A stretch of 64,000 bases of DNA from Mesotaenium endlicherianum (Eukaryota). The position numbers and the translations under genes are program-made. The notes under the pieces were generated by a model that did no database searches, was not told the origin of the DNA, and saw nothing but the letters and a program-made list of their open reading frames with translations. Location: positions 81,152 to 145,151 of the forward strand of contig WELA01002782.1 of assembly GCA_009602735.1 (NCBI GenBank), read 5' to 3'. Numbering within the stretch: the stretch's first letter is position 1; every line of letters begins with the position of its first letter. Positions 13,717 through 26,900 of the stretch are shown here, piece by piece.

Positions 13717-16352
13717 TAGCATTTTTTGTTATTTGGAGTGTGAGTAGTTGGACATTGTTAACCAGGCCTTTGGCCTCCATGGACAATATAAATTTTTTGG
13801 TATGAATATTTTTTATGATTATTTATTGGCAAAATTGTTGCTGCATTGGTTGGCCACCTAGGCCCCCTGGACATTTGGGTGCACATGCTCACGTTAAGGA
13901 GCATAACATTGTTGGACGTGGGTGGGATACCAGGCCTAGGAATCCACAAATATTTGGGTGTAATTATTGTTGTTATTGGTTATGTTTAATTGGTTGTTGA
14001 CTCGGTCCTTGCTTGTGGTCGCTGCATACATGATGGTGTTTGTTGTAAATATTTGTGGCTGTTTTGTTGGTTGTTATAGTTGCCGTTATGTTACTTTGCT
14101 TGTTGGGCACAATAGTAGGCGGATGATGCATGTCCCTCTCACCGAGGGACGTACGCCGCACGTATGGATGTGCGTGGGTGGAAGAAAGCCCCTTCAGGCC
14201 TCCTAGGCGCTGGCAGATTGCGCACAAATGAAGACCACTCTCATTGAGCTTTGGTTCTCGCGGCTGGTTTTTTGGTTTGTTGGCGTGTTGCCCCTTGCGC
14301 ACTGGCGCGTTGTATTGCAAGGCTGCTATAGGCCAGAGGAGTGTGGGCAAAAGGTTTTTAAAGCACAAATTGAATGCACGCGCACCGGCGCAAGTATGCA
14401 TGAAGGCTCCTGCCAGCCATATAGGCATTGGCAGTGGGAGCACGGTTGGGATCACTCCTATGGAATTTTTGGATCGCCGCGTATAGAGGGGCTGCAATGC
14501 GATGTCGAAAGGGTGCACACATGTGCCACACAAGTTGGTTGCCGATGCATGCATAGAGTACCTCGATGCTGCAATTGCGGAGCAGGGTAATGGTGGATGC
14601 CAATCAATCGTTGACACGTTCGAGGCATCGTGGCCAAGACTTACCGCGGGTATGCTATATCGTGTGTTGGGTCATAGGTAATTTCGTGAGCGACGAGAAG
14701 GATTTTGAACACGAACTCCAAGTGTACTTGGGGCGAAAATAAGAAGCCGTGCAGTCGGACGGCGCCGCACCGAAGGTACCACCGCAAGCAACCGTGGTTG
14801 CAGGAAATTTGGGAGCAAATATTGCTTGGTGGAAACGTTGGTGTATGTCTTCGTTAGTCCTCTCTACCATTGAGAGTGGCTACAAGTTGGTGTGGAACAC
14901 GCATACTGCACCTCTGCATCACCAGCACAACCATAAAGGTGTGGAGAAACACATACAGTTTGCCCGTGAGTCAATGGGGGAGCTAGTAGCCTCCGGGGCT
15001 GCCAGAGAGTGGACTCTCCCAGGTCTCCCACACTGCATATGCCCCTTGAACGTGGTCGAGGGCAAGAAGTTACGGTTAATTCATGACCTGTGCCACGTGA
15101 ACAAAGCTTTAAGAAAAGTAAAATTTAGGTATGAGGGGTTGGATAAGTTAGTCGATGTCGTGCACGTAGACGACTTCGTGTTTATCATTGACCTCAAGTC
15201 TGGCTATCATCATGTCAAGATGCACGAAGATGCACATACGCTCTTGGGGTTTGAGCTGGATAAGAAGATTTACACTTTCACATGTCTCCCATTCGGGTTT
15301 GCGATCGCACCTTACGTATTCACACGAGTGGTGAAAGAGCTGGTGGGAAGGTGGAGGCAGATGGGGAAACGAGTCATAGCAAATCTAGACGATTTTCTGG
15401 TGAGCTGTCCCAATGAGGACGCCCACGCGCGAACAATGCGGCTGGTGTTCGGCGAACTTGCACTAGCAGGATTCGTGGTGAATATGCAGAAGGCAGTACT
15501 TACGTGTTCAAAAATCACACAGTTCTTAAGCGTTGTGATAGACACTTGTAAACTTTGGGTGCACATCGGCAAGACGCGCAAGGAAAAGCTCCTGCTAACA
15601 CTCCTCCACGTTCGAGCTATGGCCCACAGGACCCGTAGCGTGCACATTAGAACGATAGCATCTTTAGCAGGCCAGCTAATTTCCATGAAGGTGGCTTTTG
15701 GGGGCACCGCGGGCATGTACACACGCCATATGTACACTGTCATCAACCAAGGGTTTACCTGGGATGACATGGTCCCCGTGACGGAAGGGCTGCTCCACGA
15801 GCTTGCTTTTTGGGAGGAGCACTTTGATGAGTTCAATGGTGCTCCCATTCGGGCCACCATGGCCCCTGATTTTGTCATGCACACCGACGCTAGCGTGACC
15901 ACATGGGGCGCAGTACTGAGATCGGTGGCCTCAGGGCAGACGTGGGAATTGCTAGGCCCACTCCCCGCTGCTAGCATTGGAGGATCGTCAACATTAAGGG
16001 AGATATTTGCCGCTAAGGCAGCGTTGGATAAAGCCATCCAAGTGATAGGCGGGCGACAAGTGCTCTTGCGCGTCGACAGCCAAGCAATGTATTATATTTT
16101 GAAAAAAGACGGCTCGTCTAAGGCAGATTTAGCAGATGCTTGTGCTCAAGTATTTGGTATTAGTCTTAGACACCAGCTCAACTTGTTCGTAGAGTGGATT
16201 CCTAGGGAATTGAATGCAGTGGCAGACGAGCTCTCTAAGCGGAAAGACTTGGATGATTTTTTCCTGCGACCGGAGGCCTTTCAAAGACTAGAAGCAGAGT
16301 GGGGGCCGCATTCAATCGATAGATTTGCCACAGCAAGCAACACGCGCCTGTA
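12781..16352 (+). mobile_element. Decayed, 3'-truncated DIRS1-like retrotransposon (tyrosine-recombinase class)
   Basis: A gag-like ORF is followed by a DIRS-type RT-RNaseH and the start of the Dam-like methyltransferase domain. No tyrosine recombinase or termini were seen. It ends abruptly at Gypsy sequence. Confidence 0.85.
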
Positions 16353-16353
16353 G
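14749..16353 (+). pseudogene. DIRS RT-RNaseH plus N-terminal part of the N6-adenine methyltransferase-like domain
   Basis: KLRLIHDL, IDLKSGYHHV, LPFGFAIAPYVFT, ANLDD (degenerate YLDD), RNaseH HTDAS...RVDSQ...WIPRELNAVADELS, then FFLRPEAFQRLEAEWGPHSIDRFATASN. Confidence 0.85.
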
Positions 16354-18988
16354 AGGCTATACTTGAGGCATCTCCAAGGAATATTTTTCTATTCCCTTGG
16401 GTGACAGTAGGCAGCCTTAGCCGCTTAACTAAGTCCTTAGGGATAAAAGTATGTGACGCCCGTCCGTCAACAAATGCCCTCACCTGCAATCATGCAATGC
16501 AGTAGGATAGGGGAGATTGTCTTTTCCTGACTTTCGCATAGTTCTCCTAACTTAGCAAAGTAATGTTGGACATCAGGTGGAACAAGAGCATCCAGAGTGT
16601 GCACTCTCTGGACGTCTATATTGCTGATGGTCTCCTTTATCTGGTTGTCAGGCATGCATAGTGAATCCAGTTCAGCAGGACCCATAATACCTGCTATGAG
16701 GGCAGCTAGTGACGACTCACTATCTCTAGCATCCTCACAGTCAGTAGACTGGATTATTGACTATTGCTGTCTTTTAAAGGCTGGTCTTTTCTCTCGACCT
16801 TGGGAAGGTGCTTGACTGGACACTGTTCTGTGTAGTGGCCCAACTGCTGACAATGGTAGCAAGTGGATTTTGCTGAGGCTGGTCTTGGCTTAGTCCTACC
16901 ACCACCCCTTCCATAGCCACCTCGAGAGGAACCACCTCTACCTCTAGACTGAACAGCGTTGTACTCATACTCATATTCATCACCCTGATTATCCTCAGCC
17001 TGGTCTCCTTCAATTGCATTCTAGGAACCGTGGGGCTTTTTGACAATCTTAGACACCAAAGCATTACTCTGGCGCTTGTGATTGAACTGCTGCTGATCCC
17101 AGGCGTCAGCATCCTGGTTCAAGTCAGCCAGTTTCTCATACTTCTTCTCAGCGAACTGACCAGAGACTTCGGATTTCAAGCCATACCTGAAGTATGCTAT
17201 CCTATACCATTCTGGCAAGTCTGGCTATTTCATCATGTTCTCCTGGAACTTTTGAGCAAACTCAGCAACTGAAGTGGTCTGCTTCAGTGTCAGGGAGATC
17301 ATTGCATAGATAGCTTTCTCCTGCTGGTTGATGACATCAAACTTCTCATGCAGCTTCTCGACAAACTCTCCCCACGTAGGGTCACCGAGTTGCTGAGCCT
17401 TACGCTCTCCTTTCCAGTAAAGCCACCAGTCTGCGGCACTGCCTTTCAGTAGCGCACCGGTGTGCCTGACCTTCTCGTAATCTTGCAGTTCTGGGTAGTT
17501 CTCCAGCCACTGCTCAACATCCGCGAGAAACTTGATCAGGTAATATTTTCTGTTTTCCTCAAGATCATAGTCCTACGGAGGTTTCAGCTTGGGCTTACTA
17601 GGCCCCCTGCCACCACTACCAGTGGTTTGAGAACCCAGTTGGTCTCTGTCTCGCAGTAGAGACATTATGATTCTTTTGTCCTCCTGTTGGGACTGGTACA
17701 TGGTTGCCATTTGCGACTGCATTTGAACGAACAATGCTCCCAAGTCTACCCTCTGAGGTGGGAGTCTAGCAAATGCAGCAGCAGCAATGGCATCTACTCG
17801 CTGAGTAGTGTCCTCAACCGTCCCTCTCGCTCCTGTAGCAGCAATTCCTGCCGCATTCAGCCGGTCACAAATTTGACCTAGGGGTACATCGAGTTGTACA
17901 GCAGGAAATAGGTTCAGAACATTGGCCCTTGATGCCATAGGTTCTTCGACAGTGCGCTCGTCAGCTGGCTGTCCTTCCCTCCTTTTTGTATCTTCAGCGG
18001 CCTTTGCCAATTGTTCAGCTTCTAATCTGGCTCTCTCCTCCTCCGCTTGCTGTGCTGCAACTGCGGCAATAGCAGCTGCCTCATCTGCAGCCTCTCTAGC
18101 TGCAGTATTTGCCACTGCTTCAGAATAGGTACGGGTTCTCGCTACATGGCTTTCAGCCTGATTTTCGACATTCTCGTTATCCTGGTTCTCCTTGTCTCGG
18201 GAGTTGCTAGTTTGAGACCTTGTCCTTACCATACAAAGAAGACTGTGATAACTGCTCCGATACCACTGAAATGAATCGACTTACCAAATAGGCGATTAAC
18301 AATTAATAAAGATCTTTATATCAGCAAGTAATCTTTATGTTTTTTTACCGTTAACTGATTAAACGGCAAAGGACAACAAACTATCAGTAAATAATACTCG
18401 TAAGTCAAATGCGAGTAAACTAGCATCGATAATGCAAATCAGTAAACTCATACATAAGCAAGGTTAGAAGACAGTGCGTATCAATGGCTTCTCGCCTTGG
18501 ATTCAGATCTCTCTCAGTAAGCTGCACAAGAGAGTTGGCCTCGTTTTCAAATGCCGAACTCGAAAGCAATGCCTAGCATATGTACATGGAATGAGTTTAC
18601 TGTTCAACGGCCAGTGCGATGGCACCGCCTACCCGGGAGTTAACCACGTTGGTAGGACCTCGGTTAACCAAATCCACCGCCATCTCCCATTATCCCGAAT
18701 CGCCATCCATCATAGGGATGTCATCTGGCCCATTCATCTAGCATACCACACTTAGATGCATATCGAGGCAATTCGCTGCTACCGAGTACGGAAGTCAGCT
18801 GGCTGTCAAAGAATGTGTCAGCAAGCTGACTTAAGTTGACTTCAGCCTGCTGCTTCCGGCTGAGTCCTTAAACAGATAATTATATAAAGTTCAGCAGACT
18901 CAATACTACATATAGTTCAGCAGGCTAAACTTAATTTACTATTATATTTAAATGAATATTATATATATCAATATATTGATTCATTACA
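16353..18988 (-). mobile_element. Truncated Gypsy LTR retrotransposon: 5' LTR, PBS, decayed gag, partial protease
   Basis: LTR 18267-18988 with inverted termini TGAAATGAATC...GATTCATTACA. tRNA-iMet PBS TGGTATCGGAGCAG (18265-18252). gag starts at 18232 and has stops and a frameshift (AADWW..., CCHC CYHCQQLGHYTEQC). Protease-like AFVDGRASHTFI near 16450-16480. Confidence 0.85.
18267..18988 (-). repeat. 5' LTR (722 bp)
   Basis: TG...CA termini with an 11-bp imperfect inverted repeat, directly adjacent to the PBS. Confidence 0.8.
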
Positions 18989-21540
18989 CCATCTCTCTTT
19001 CAAGAAGCTACCACTTGTGTTCGAAAATCCTTGTCTTGAATAAATAAAGTATTACATTTCACTAAGTACTTTATCTATCTGTTTTACTACATTTGTGCTT
19101 CATTTTAAGGAAGAACATAGCATTATGATTGACTACAGAGAGAGTTGACGCGGGTGGCATTTAGCAAAAAGTGCCATGGTCTTACCTTAAGTACGCTAAG
19201 CATTTGCAAATCCGCCAGTTTGAACAAGCGTGGTCGTCTCTGTGATGTACAATATTTGCTGCTTTTTGTCTAGTTAGGTTCGCCTACAAGTTTACACTAA
19301 CTTTTACTAAGAACATTGACGCTATAAGAGCGTAAGGAATAAGATAGAAGTTGATAGCACAGAGTTACAGAGGCGGGTTTTAACTTTTGTAAATTGACGC
19401 GAACGAAAACGAATCGGTACGTTTCAGTACCTCCTGCGCCAAAATCATGTGTCCGTAAATTTTCCTGCGCGTGTTGCATGTGATGAACCTCAAAAACTTG
19501 CAAAAAACCTCAAGCAGAAGTCCTCAACATACAAACCAAAATCAAATGTTTCATTTTATGATTCTTATTGCTTAGTTTGCAAGTTTGCTTGGTCGCAAAA
19601 ACTATGTATGTTATACATTCCAAGTATGTCAACAGAGCAACCAGGCATTGGCAAGGGGCACATTCTATAGTTAAGGGAGCCTGCTGCTGTCCCTCTCACT
19701 GTGTCCCGAGCTATCCTCCTACAAGCCCTGTCTAACTGAGGCTCAATCCCCTATAATGGAGCCTTCTTACGATTACTTTCCACATATGTAAGCTTCTCCT
19801 TCTCAATTTTTGCCTGTCTCTTATATTGACCATCGAAACTGTGCAGCGATCTCATGTGCCGAAAGTCCAGTTTGCTGTGAGGCAAAAGATCTCCCAAGGG
19901 AAGACGACTGGTTCTAGACTCAGCTCCTTCCTCTTGCTCCTCTTGCAGCTTTTATGTTCTTAATGTTGATCAATAATGTATTTATCAATAATGTATTTAT
20001 TAAACAAGTAGGAACATTGAGCAAAAAAACTTGAATGAGGTCAAAAAATCTTCAAATAATATACTATTTGTCTGGTATATTCTCATAATAATATCCTTGA
20101 GAATTGTCATCAAATAATATATGTTTGTTAATAATTACCAATAATTTAATGACATTTGATAAATCTTATTTTTTTTGGAGATGCTAGTATTTAACCCTCC
20201 AAAAGTGTATTTTGATCAAAATATACCTATAATAGATGTGTGTCCTTATATATGACATTATTAAGTACAATTTACATAATTAATACATGTGTGAGTCTTT
20301 CACGTCAAAATTTCACTCGCATGGAAGTCAATCTGTGTGAGTCTTACACATCGGATGAACCATTTTTTTTGGGTGGATCTTGAGAAATGTGCAGTTCAAG
20401 ACGTTCAAGACATTCAAGCCAGCCACTGAAATACACAAGGATAGAGAATTCATCACTATGTGTCTTTGGAAAGTGGATGCGATTTGGACTATCCGTTGCA
20501 ACTTGCACTCCCAGAGTCGATCCACGTTGAGACCTACCTAGTCAACATAGAAATACTATACAAATCAATTCTCGTCGACAAATTCAACCCATTTTGCGAC
20601 GTGTACAATTTCAAGATGCGCATATCATAAATGTCAATCTTGAGTTAGCATAACACGAAAATTGCTTACAAGACTTATTTACTTGTTGACTCCAATTGTC
20701 ATGTTGGACGTGGAAACAATATTGTTCATCCACGTGGTTATTTCTACTTAGACATGTGGACGTGCCACAGCAACTTTTAAGCATCAAATAAATGTTGTCA
20801 AAAATCTCCCTCTTGTCCAAGCTTTTTGCTCATTTCTGGCTATTGCGGAGGCTACTAGCGGAAGGCTACTAACTTTTTTCTGCAAACTTGTGGATAGTAA
20901 CCACAAATCTATCATGAGAAAATCAGCTTATTTTCAAGGTGTAAATACACAAGACCCAATTTGCGCGCTAAAAAGCGTCCTTAAATGGGTAACCTTCTTC
21001 GTCTCACTTTGCGTATTCCTTAGTGCCAGAATGCGTACCCGAAGGCATCCAAGCTTGCGTACCCAAGGGCGTCTCAGTTTGCGGATGCCTTCGTCCTACG
21101 ACGAATTCTGGTGCGTTAAATGTTTCCATGCATGATGAGTTGGGTGTAAGCGAGCTGAACGTATATGCGAACTTGTACGCGAACTGATGTGAACGGCCCT
21201 CGCATACCTAAAGGTCATTATCGAACGGCCTCCTTCTGAAGATACGTGAGCTTCCGGCGCCTCACGGTGCGAGAGAAGACAGACGTCCACACATCGCACG
21301 CACAATCAATGGTTGGAAGTCCCCAAATCTTGAAAAACCCTTGTGTCATCGTTCATCTTCAAGAGTCTTCCGATCTCACCTACTCTTGCATCCTATAGAA
21401 GGGGTAGAGCATGATGACACTAAGCAAAATGCAGAAATCAGATTGGATACTTCTCCGCAAGGGCTTTTACTTGGCCTGTTCCTTACATGCCTCTTACCTC
21501 TCGTGGTAGCCTCTGCTTATTGTAGGGTGTGAGCTACATT

Positions 21541-23937
21541 ATGGATGAGGAAGAAGTCATAGAATGGAGATCTCCAGGAAAGTCAATAAAGTCTCGTACA
21601 TACTATGATAAAGTCTACATACAAAGTCTAGGAGAAACATTTACGCTCCATGATTGTGTGTTTCTCCGCAATGAGGGAGGCGATGACTATGTTGGCCGAA
21701 TTAGAGACATGTTTGAAAAGTCCAATCAAAAGTGGGCGACGATTCGTTGGTTCTTCAAAGGTTGTGACATCAAAGTTCCTTTGCCCAGAGATCACGAGGA
21801 CAAGGAAGTGTACCTTGCCGTAGGAAATCAACCTGGTAACGAAGATGTAAACTCGCTGGTACTCTCTCTCTCTCTATCTCTCTCACACACACACACACCA
21901 CTGTGTGTGTGCATGTGCGTACGCGTGCACAGTACTCCCTCTCTCTCTAGACTCTCCACTCTCCTCTCTGTGTGTTTGAGTGTGTGTGTGTGTGCTCGTG
22001 CTTACGCGTGCAAACGCGAATCTCCAACATACTTGTCCTGCTTCTGAAGTGTTGCCTCTAGGTCAAGGTGGTCATGTAGGGACAAGTGAAACAGCTGCTG
22101 CTTACTGTCACATTTCGCTTGTTTTGACAGAGTGCCATAACCAGCAGGGCAAAAGTACTCTGCACATACAAAGATCCAAGGAACCCCCAGCCACTTCTAG
22201 AGGACATTCAGAAGGCTGACTATATCTACAGGCGATTCTGGAAACCATCAATTAGTAAGATCGTTCATCACCCACAGTCTGCAGTCCAAGAGCTGGGTGG
22301 TAAGTGCCCTCCCTGGTTTCACTGAAGCCAACACTTACACACTAGTTCCTTCTTCTCAACCTTAATTTGTCACCTGCTGGCTTGAACAAGAACGTGTCTT
22401 ATGTTATGCAATGCGGAGCAAATGGATGAGAGTGGACAAGAGGGTAGAGTGGATGTGGTTGAGGGTGATAGGTCCTTGGAGTTAGTTCTAATGGTGAAGT
22501 TCTAGCATCTTGAGAGGTTGTGTGCAGACCTTCCTGTCCACATCTTCTCAGAAGGGTGTGGAGCAGTTTTGGGGGGGCAGAACGATAAACTCTTCTGGTT
22601 GGTTTCGAATCCAAGTTCAACCTCGCAATCACCCCCTCTCTGAATATGGGGCCTGGGGTTTGGGGTCACGGGTCACAGTGGAGGGAGTATTCAATAAACA
22701 AGAATGGGTGACCCCCAAGTGGCCGGTGGAAGCAGCCAGACAAGCGCAGGTGCCAGACGTAGTTGATACTGGCCAGCCATCGGTGGGAGGTACTGTTGTT
22801 CCCTCTATTGCGCCGCAAGCCACATATGAGGGAGGCAATTCTGCTCATGGCTTTGCTCCCTTCAACGGTGTTCTAGTCGAATTAGGAGGTAGAAACTCTG
22901 TACGTGCTTATGGAGCTGGTGAGCCTTCAGCTGCTGGACGGACTACTGCTATCAGAGCCGAAGGAGCTTCTGCAGCTGCTGACAGGGCATTGCAGGAGGA
23001 AGAGGAGTGTCTCCCTCAAGAAATAGAAATAGGGCAGGAGGGAGAAAGAAGTCTTCTCAGTAAGACTCCTGGCATCCGTCATCACAGCGCAGCTGCAGGC
23101 GGGAACAGCTTGCCTCATCATGTGAATCCTGCAAAGCCTGGTGCGTCTCTTCTGAAGAAGAAGAAGAAGAAACTGTTAATACCTGGCAGCAGCTCTGAGC
23201 ATGAAGGTGCCCATGTGAGGTTTGGAGGCAAAAGGCAAAACGTGAGTGGAAGTGCAAGGGGGACTAGTGGATCAGCGGGGCATGCTTTGGCTGGCGAACC
23301 TGCTGCCACCACCGCCATCAACATGTTGCCCACCGCACATCCTCCCGTTCTAAGCAAGAAAATAAGGATCCTTAGCCCTCCTAGGTTGGGAGGGGGAACA
23401 GAGGCCGGTGCTAGTTGCTCCCCCTGGCCCAACGATGGAGTGAGTCAGCAGAACCAGGAGGCAGCTAAGTATCTGGGAGCAGCCAAGAGCAGCTTGGAGT
23501 GGGGCCCTTTAAAGAGAAGACTCGAGAGTGCCCAGGAGCCTGGAGGAGACAGGGGTTCCAAGAGGGCACGCACGCTGGGTAGTACCGACGGTGCCGATCA
23601 GATGCCCGGATCTGGCTCTGAAGCTCATGCACCCGCGCGCTCTGCGCAGGTTGCATGCGTCCTGCCCCCTACCGGAATTGGCCACTTCGGCGGGACTCAG
23701 AGCCCCCGGGAACCCTTGATGGTGGGGCCTGAGGCTTTGGAAAGGCGGAAATTGGGGCTTGATTGGGGAGTGGGGACGCCAAGGGCACCCCGCTCACAGA
23801 ATGGCTTCGCTTCTGCCCCTGCCTCCGCCCCTCCAAAGGCAGGGGGACAAAAGCAAGGCATGGCTGGAGCCGCTCGTGCTGCTCCTTCCGCTGTGAGGCT
23901 GTCCTGGGAGAAGAAGTTGAGAACAATCGGTGTTCCA

Positions 23938-23968
<31 letters not shown>

Positions 23969-26900
23969 CGCTGTGCGGTGTAGACTGGGGCGAGCCCCGG
24001 ACGTCAATGGCACAGCGCTTGTCTGCATCCGCTTCTGCACCTGCGCATGCGCCTGCTCAAGCACAACAACAAGCAGGCCTGCAAGACTGGGGTGCAGCTG
24101 AAGCTGCTGACATAAGAGGTATAACGCATCCGGTGGGTGCAGGGGTAGCACCGAAGAAGAAGCAACGAGTGGTCGACAGCCTAGCTCCAGAGCGTGTGCG
24201 TCCCGTGACAGGGTCTCAGAGCCAGCAAGCGGGCAAGGGGGGAGCCACTGCCCTTCCGACAGCTGTGGTAGGAGCCCGGCCAAGTCAGCAAAGTCAGGGG
24301 GGCATCATTTTTCCAAAGGAGGCTGCTGCTGACCTGAGCGCACCCCAGGGCGGAAAGCATCAGGTCCAGGTACAGGTCGGGAGAGGAAAGGAGGCGTCGT
24401 TGAAGGAAAGAGACGATGGGCAGGCTGGCAGACCCAGTGCAGCCGCCCCTGTCCCTGCTCTTCCTCCATTGCCTTCTTCTCCAGGATTGATGGCGGCGCT
24501 CCACTCCGAAATTCAGGGCAGCATCGGCATCAAGCTGGGGCAGCAGGGCTTGCAGGAGCACATCGGGTCTTTGTTGGATCGCTCCACATCTGGGCCTGCT
24601 GGTCACGCAGTGGGCGGTGCAGAGAGGACGTTGAAGAGGAGCTCAGAAAATGACGCAGCAGGCCCCTCTGTTCCTCTCGCTCTCGCTCCCTTTCCCCCTG
24701 CCAGAGGCAACGTGCTGGGGAGATCTCAAAGCTGCAAGGGAGTGGGTGTGCGGGTGGACCCTTCTCCTCGGAGAGGCCCCCAGAAGGACCTTGGAGCCCC
24801 TGCCATAGCCCCATCCGCCCTAGCCAGAGCCAGCTCAGACAGCAAGCTCTTTCAGCCGAAGGCTGCAGAGGTGGGGCTCGGGCCTGAGGGGAAGACAGCA
24901 GCTCCCGGCAGCAGCTTCAGCAGAGGGGGGCTGACAGCTGGCAGTTTGCGGAGGGCTTCGTTTCCCGCTGACCAGGGGCAGGCCCGTGCTGTGGCGGAGG
25001 AGGGAGCAGCAGTGCCACCGCGGCTTGCTCTAAGGCCAATAGCTACCTCTTTGCCCCCTCAATCTGAGACGCAGTTTCATCCTGCTGCTGGGCTTCAGTC
25101 TTGTCGAGGTGGCAGAGCAGCAGAGCATGTAGAGCACGAAGGAACAGGTGTACGCATTTCTAAGGTGGGTGTGACTTCTGAAGATGCAGTCAGTATTGGC
25201 AGCCGCCGCGGGCCTCCCAGCAACTTGGCTGCTGCTGCTGCTGCTCCTCATGTTCTTCCAGTAGGAGCTTCAAACAGTGCACAGGGCAGCTTGCCGCCCG
25301 GTTTGGGTTGTGCTCCACGGGGCAGCTTGCCACCCGGCTTCAGCCGTGCTCCTGCTTCAGGGCTCTTTTCACCACTGGCTGCTCCGCGTATGCAAAGCAT
25401 ATCGCCAGCAGCCCTACAGACGGGAGAGGGGGACTCGCCCAGTGGAGCAGCAGTAGCACCACAGGCAGTAGGGAAGGCAGTGGCAGCACCAGCAGCAACG
25501 GAGGAGGGTATTGTGCACGCCCCCATTGCCATACAGGACAAGGAGGAGCAGCAGCAGCAGGCGTCTCCCGCTATAGCTGCAAGTCCGACAGCTGGCCCTA
25601 CCTCTCCTCTCACCAGTGGTCCTGCAGCATGCCAGGTGGACACCCCAATTAGAGAAGCAATCATGGCCATGCTTGCCAAAATACCTCCGGAGGCCATTGC
25701 TGAGTTCCAGAAGCTCGCCAGGGAGGACCCCCGTGCAGGACACCTTGGCACCGGTACTGATCGCGCAACAGAGACCCGCGCTGTCGTGGTCTCTGCAAGC
25801 CACGCTGATGTGGCTGCCGCAGGTGGTGCTGATGTAGCTGCAGTGCGCAGGCCGCTCTCCCCTGCATTTCATTCGAGCTCGGAGCTAGCCCCTCCGGCCG
25901 CAGATGTATCAGTAGTAGGTAAGGGTGGCGTGGGACTTGAGCATGCCGAGAAGAGCTGTGCAACCCTGGATGTGGCTGGAGCAGCAGCACCCGCACGGCC
26001 CTCGCTCGCTGCTTCTGTGACAGCTGGCGTGGGATTGTTGTGTGGGGGGCCAGCTGTTGGAAGCGCCCTACTGGCACCCCCTCCTTGTCCTCGTTCTCCC
26101 TCGAGAAGCCTTCCTTTGCCTCCGCCACTGCCTCCAGCTCCGCTGCCATCAGCATCCACACCGTCTCCTCCACCTCCCCCTCCAGAAGCAACTCCGCCTT
26201 CTTCTCCTCCTGCGCCCCTTCCTGGTCCTCCTCCTCCTCCAGATTCTCCCCCTCACTTGGACCTGCCCCGTCCGCCATCGGCGCCTCCTCCTTCGCCCCC
26301 CCCGCCCCCTCCTCCTTTCCCCCCTTTGTTCGCTTCGTCCTCACTCCTGCCCCGCTTACCACCTGGTGCTGCTCGTGTAGCCCCTCCTGCTGCGCCTCTT
26401 CCATCGTGGCCTCCACCACGCCTCTCTCCCACGCCTCCCCCTCCTCCCGGCCCCTCTCCTGCACCGCCAAGGAGGGACGTTCTTCCTGCCAATGCTGCTG
26501 CGCGCCCTCCAGAGCCTCAGCAGCAGCAGCAGCAGCATAGACGCTCTATTTTCACGGTGTGTACCCCTGCTACTCCCCTTCATTTGTAGTCTAGCCCTCA
26601 CTCTACTCCCTTCACCGAGGCCCACTATGTCTGAGCGCGTGCTGGCAAGCATGCAGAAGGGACGACTTTCTTACGCACCTTGTGGTTCTAACTTCTACTT
26701 AAAAACCAGAGGAAGGAGAGAGGGGGGAGGCAAAGTGCGAGCACAGCCTTGCAAGCAAGAGCAGGAGAGGGAGGAGGGGAGCAGCCAGCTCTGGAGCTGT
26801 GGCTACTTGGTGACCACGCTGCTGACAGGCACTGAGTGGTGTGTTGGTCTTTCTTGGCCTACATCTGTCCGTCACGATTGGAATCTGGTTCTCGCGGCTT

